Below are positions 62,518 to 64,000 of a stretch of DNA of 64,000 bases, piece after piece. Source of the stretch: Octopus sinensis. Its lineage: Eukaryota. The DNA is taken from NCBI RefSeq assembly GCF_006345805.1, contig NC_043007.1:60822001-60886000 (forward strand). The letters are read 5' to 3'. Below the pieces are notes generated by a model, which saw nothing but the letters and a program-made list of their open reading frames with translations, did not search any database and was not told the DNA's origin. Within the stretch, counting starts at the first letter, position 1; each line of letters opens with the position of its first letter. Made by a program: the position numbers and the translations under genes.

Positions 62518-64000
62518 TAAGCTAATAATTGATTCTACATTTCATTGATTTTTTTTCACGTGTCTTTGTTAATTGCTCTTTTATTCTCACTGCTTAAAAA
62601 CTTTACTGTGTAACATAGCATCAAAACTACAAGCAGTTCTGTATTAAAGAATTATAGAATAAAAGATTAAAAGATATTTTTTATTCTAATCTATTTACAT
62701 CATAACTATTTCAAGATGAAAAATAATTATTTTTGTCTTTTTAGACTATAATTTGTGTTTTCCAAAACTCTTTGCAGTAATTACTTACAATCCTTTATAT
62801 TTTGAGTTCAAATCCCACTAAGGTCAACATTCTTCCACCCAGAGTTGATTAAAATAGGGCATAAAATGAGTCCTGGGGTTGATACAATTGACTATACCTC
62901 TCCTCTAAATTTGAGGCCTTTTGCTTATTTAAAAAAATCAATAAACAACAGCATCAACAACACCAACAACTATACTAATAATAGTGATGGTAGTTTATTT
63001 AAACGCCTGATGTCAAAAATATACAGGAGAACAGTGAAAATAAAATATTGTGGTTATCATGCCTTTTTCAAGAGTCTTTTGTAGCATCAATGAAATGGTT
63101 TCAACTGCAAACTGAAACTGGTCTGCAGACCACTACCAAGGACTTTTATTGTTTTATAATAACCACCAATTAATTTATTTAAATTTAGTTTTCTTCAAGA
63201 TGAATCCATGACCCTGTTATTGTTTCCAACAAAAATTGTTTCTTTTGGGTGTAGTAATTCCTTTCAGAAATACATAAAGATCCAAAACTCTCATTTTTTA
63301 CAACTCTATAAATACAAGGATTTTTGCTCATGTAAAAAGAAAATGTATTTTTATTTGACATGCAATTTCTATTTTAAAATTAGTATTTAAAAAACTTTAT
63401 TAGGTCTTTTGAAATATTATTAATGTTAAATTTTAAACTGTGAGAATACCAAAATCTTTGTAAAGCAACTCAGTTTCAGATTTTATCTATTTTGTTAGAT
63501 AATGGATAGGATCTTAGATTTCCTTTAGTTCCTCTATTCTTTTCATTAATGAAGTTCTGTTCTCATTGTCTGAGTGCTGTATTCGATTCATTCACTTTTT
63601 CACTGCAATATTTCTACAATTTTTACTAATTTGCATACAATTCTCAACAATTTCCCTAGAAAATATTTAAACTGATACATTTTTACTGCTTTACTCTAAG
63701 AAAAGAAGCTGTTATCAGCTCCTTTTTATATACTATATTTCTGTTTTCATTAATATTACTTTCATTAATTAAATTGTTTTATATCTGCTTTATTTGTTCC
63801 TTTATTTTTTCTCAGAAAGCTTCTATTTGTTATTTTATTTTCCAATTTTTCAATAAAATATCTAGTATGGTTTTCATTAATTTTTTAACTACTCAGTGTT
63901 ATATATTAGATAGGGAAAAGTGGTAGTGCACTTTACTACATTTTTCAGTCTATCTAGTTTGGTGTCTAACACATGAACTCTAATCCTGCTAAATTGACTT

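Overview
AT-rich, repeat-dense eukaryotic genomic DNA. It is probably from an octopus or other coleoid cephalopod, which I infer from the SINE and RTE repeat families. Two spliced genes can be assembled by hand. (1) A minus-strand NuMA-like protein with an N-terminal Hook/CH domain and coiled coil: 8 coding exons from 23050 down to 1799, continuing beyond the window start, with one apparent GC-AG intron. (2) A plus-strand HDHD5/CECR5 HAD hydrolase: 5 exons from 45361 to 62516, continuing beyond the window end. Between them are hints of a third, unidentified minus-strand gene: an RFX X-box/CCAAT promoter-like site at ~43.5 kb, a strong donor at 45251, and an orphan terminal-exon-like ORF with a polyA signal at 23.8-24.1 kb. 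Mobile DNA includes RTE LINEs (one with a 546-codon open RT frame carrying a PHD-type finger), CR1 remnants, CRE-like and HERO-like REL-endonuclease retroelement fragments, a hAT(m)-like element with TIRs and TSD, a Tc1 element, a Helitron-like element, MITE-like palindromes and three tRNA-derived SINE families. There is also a ~4 kb (TA)n array containing a 100-N assembly gap. No CRISPR array, rRNA or bona fide tRNA gene was seen. All family assignments come from motif recognition by eye, not from database searches.
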